DNA of 64,000 nucleotides. Source: Methanobacteriota archaeon. Lineage in GTDB: Archaea > Thermoplasmatota > Poseidoniia > Poseidoniales > Poseidoniaceae. The notes below the pieces were generated by a model that worked only from the letters and a program-made list of their open reading frames with translations, did no database searches and was not told the DNA's origin. The position numbers were made by a program, and so were the translations under genes. This document shows positions 61,902 to 64,000 of this stretch, piece after piece. The stretch spans positions 13,170 through 77,169 of the forward strand of contig PSPR01000009.1 in the NCBI GenBank assembly GCA_004195515.1, written 5' to 3'. The number at the start of each line of letters is the position of its first letter. Positions within the stretch are counted from its first letter, which is position 1.

Positions 61902-64000
61902 ACCTTCTCTTTGACTCCTTCTTGTTCAATCACTTCTTCGGTTTGGTCTTGTTCGGAAATTGCATTAACGATCTCTCGGTGCTCTTCGATATCTTCGGTC
62001 AATTCTTCAGTTCTTTCTGCGAGTGCCTCGAATCCTGTTGAGGAATCGTCCTCTTGTTCGATGTGATTCAACAAACCACCAAGGCTCTTTGGAGCATTGA
62101 GCGGTTCTGGAACCTCTGGCATTCCTTCAGACATCAATCTGGCCTCCTCTATCCTCGAATGATTCTTGTCACTCGCTTCTTTTGCTTCTTTCTCGGCCAA
62201 TGATCCTAATTCGATCGCACGCTGGCGGTTGAAATCCAAAATTCGGCGAGAGCATCCATCTCCACCGTGGGTAATTCCGATGTGGTGGTCGGCTAATTCT
62301 AGTGAGACCTTGCGCAATGTGACCATGATGAATTGAGCCGATTCGCTGCGGTTACGGCATTCTTTAGCGATCAATCTAGAATTTGGAACGTCGAGATTTT
62401 GGTCGACTTCATCAAAGTAGTAAAATGGGCTCGGGTCGTAATCCTGAATTGCGAAAATCATCGCCAAAGAGGCCATTGATTGCTCGCCACCGGAGAGTTG
62501 GCGTCGGTTAACTTTAGCATTCTTTCCTTTTGGTTGAGCCCATAATTCCAGTCCAGCCTTGAACGGTTCGTCGGGGTTTTCAAGGAATAATTCCCCTCTT
62601 CCACCATCTGATAAGCGCTTGTAGACCTTCTTGAAATTCTTATTGACTTCTTTGAGAGTTGCCAATAGACGGGTTTTCCTCGAGGTCTCTAATTTATCGG
62701 TAATATCTATCAAGCGTTTTCTGCGCTCTTGTAGGGTCTTGAAATCGGATTTCATCTCATCCAACCTTTCTTTGCAAGCACTATATTGTTCAATCGCGAG
62801 CATATTTACTGGGCCAAACCGATCGAGTTTTCTTTGCAGGTCTCGTAATTTCTTTTCAGCTTGTCCAACATTTGGCAAAATCGCATTCGGATCTGCAACT
62901 GGGATATTGATATCTGCCATTTCGACCAATAAATCGGATAGTACACCTTGGCGAGACGAAATTGAACGAGCGATGTCTTCAGCCATCGATCGCGAGTGGA
63001 TGATATTGTTTGCTTTTTGAGTCGCATTTGCACGCAGGTCCGCTCTCCTTTCGGTCAACCCTGTCTTTTCAGTTTCAAGTCCAACGTGTTCTTCAAGCAA
63101 GATACTTCGCTCTGCTTCTTTTGACGCTAAGACTGCACCATCCTCATCTATAGCAGCAGTCCAGGAAGTAATTGAAATTACTCTTCCTGCCATTGCAGAT
63201 TGTATTTCATCGGCACGAGTGGTCAAAGAGTCTGCTCTTTGAGATAATAATTGGCTCTTTTCTTGGCCGCTGTCGAGCATGACGCTCGCTTTGGTCGATG
63301 CACCCTCTGCATTTACTCGAAGGCTTTGTGCTGCTAGTAAACGGGTTCGAATCCCTTCGGGTGAGGAGTTCTGGAGGTTTTCATTAGCCTGATCTCGAGC
63401 TGCTTCAGCTTCAATAAATTTAATCTGTGCAGATTCGACCATACTGAGTTTTCCTGTATGGTCTGCCTCGAGATTTTTCAATCTGGTTTCGAGTTGAGTC
63501 GCTGCACCACGAGCTTTGTCGAGGGCTTTTTTGGCCAATTCCATTTCGGCATTCCACGAACCAACCTTTACTGAAAAGTCATCTTCAGCCAATGAATTAA
63601 TTAAAGCCCGCACCGATTGCTGTTGTGATATAGCCTCGCGCAAGGCTGCAGCAACGGTTTGTTCCATCAAAGAAAGACGATCGACCTCTGCACCAAGAGT
63701 TTCTACCTCGGACGCCCCTTGGATTTTTCCACCAAATCCAGTTTTCATTCGTGCTTTTGATCCACCGACCATCGCACCACCCGGTTCGGTGACTTCGCCA
63801 CCGAGTGTAACCAATCTCACACCACCCATCAAGCGGCGAGCAGTAGCCAAATTATCGACCACAAGAGTATTGCGCAATGCATATGCGACCGCTGTTGCAA
63901 TCCGAGGATCATAATCCAATAATTCATGAGCAAAACCGATCACACCTGGTTTTCGTGCTACCATGGATGCCTTTCCGCTAGACCGATTTGTCTGTAATTT
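61898..64000 (-). CDS. smc: SMC chromosome segregation ATPase, hinge plus C-terminal half; the N-terminal half lies beyond the window end
   Basis: Hinge (GVIGFAHELLDYDPRIATAVAYALRNTLVVDNLATA), long coiled coil, and the C-terminal signature LSGGEQSMASLAMIFAI plus D-loop YYFDEVDQNLD. The frame is open through 64000. Confidence 0.9.
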   Translation of the reverse strand, partial: KLQTNRSSGKASMVARKPGVIGFAHELLDYDPRIATAVAYALRNTLVVDNLATARRLMGGVRLVTLGGEVTEPGGAMVGGSKARMKTGFGGKIQGASEVETLGAEVDRLSLMEQTVAAALREAISQQQSVRALINSLAEDDFSVKVGSWNAEMELAKKALDKARGAATQLETRLKNLEADHTGKLSMVESAQIKFIEAEAARDQANENLQNSSPEGIRTRLLAAQSLRVNAEGASTKASVMLDSGQEKSQLLSQRADSLTTRADEIQSAMAGRVISITSWTAAIDEDGAVLASKEAERSILLEEHVGLETEKTGLTERRADLRANATQKANNIIHSRSMAEDIARSISSRQGVLSDLLVEMADINIPVADPNAILPNVGQAEKKLRDLQRKLDRFGPVNMLAIEQYSACKERLDEMKSDFKTLQERRKRLIDITDKLETSRKTRLLATLKEVNKNFKKVYKRLSDGGRGELFLENPDEPFKAGLELWAQPKGKNAKVNRRQLSGGEQSMASLAMIFAIQDYDPSPFYYFDEVDQNLDVPNSRLIAKECRNRSESAQFIMVTLRKVSLELADHHIGITHGGDGCSRRILDFNRQRAIELGSLAEKEAKEASDKNHSRIEEARLMSEGMPEVPEPLNAPKSLGGLLNHIEQEDDSSTGFEALAERTEELTEDIEEHREIVNAISEQDQTEEVIEQEGVKEKV

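Noticed and set aside
63341-63353. GGGTTCGAATCCC, a textbook tRNA T-arm sequence
   Set aside because: It lies inside the uninterrupted SMC reading frame, and no complementary acceptor stem sits at the right distance. Coincidental.

Overview
The window reads as a chromosomal core segment of a euryarchaeon. The archaeal information-processing genes are Orc1/Cdc6, aIF2-gamma, ribosomal S6e, Dph2, RPA, Hel308, SMC-ScpA-ScpB and DUF357. Alongside them sit a bacterial-type DNA gyrase (gyrB-gyrA), a class II HMG-CoA reductase, a bacterial-type (class II) CCA/poly(A) nucleotidyltransferase, an acyl-CoA dehydrogenase and several secreted or membrane peptidases (M28, M61-PDZ, and a 1400-aa PKD-rich zincin). 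This combination resembles heterotrophic marine Thermoplasmatota (Marine Group II / Poseidoniales-like), but that placement is inference and has not been checked.

Coding density is high. The ORF track uses GTG and TTG starts as well as ATG, so several listed ORFs have N-terminal over-extensions; where an internal ATG matched the expected conserved start I placed the start there.

No rRNA, tRNA or CRISPR array, and no transposase or integrase, could be supported. The least explained loci are these:
- A Tad-like (TadA/CpaF ATPase plus split TadB/TadC-like platform) cluster packed directly behind an RPA1-RPA32-like pair.
- An overlapping three-gene module: a degenerate Orc-like AAA+/winged-helix protein, a beta-propeller and DUF357.
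- A thymidylate-kinase-like protein with a degenerate P-loop and a 250-aa extension.
- A HemC-like protein with the catalytic aspartate and arginines replaced.
- A 22-bp perfect palindrome centred on TTAATTAA upstream of the HMG-CoA reductase gene.
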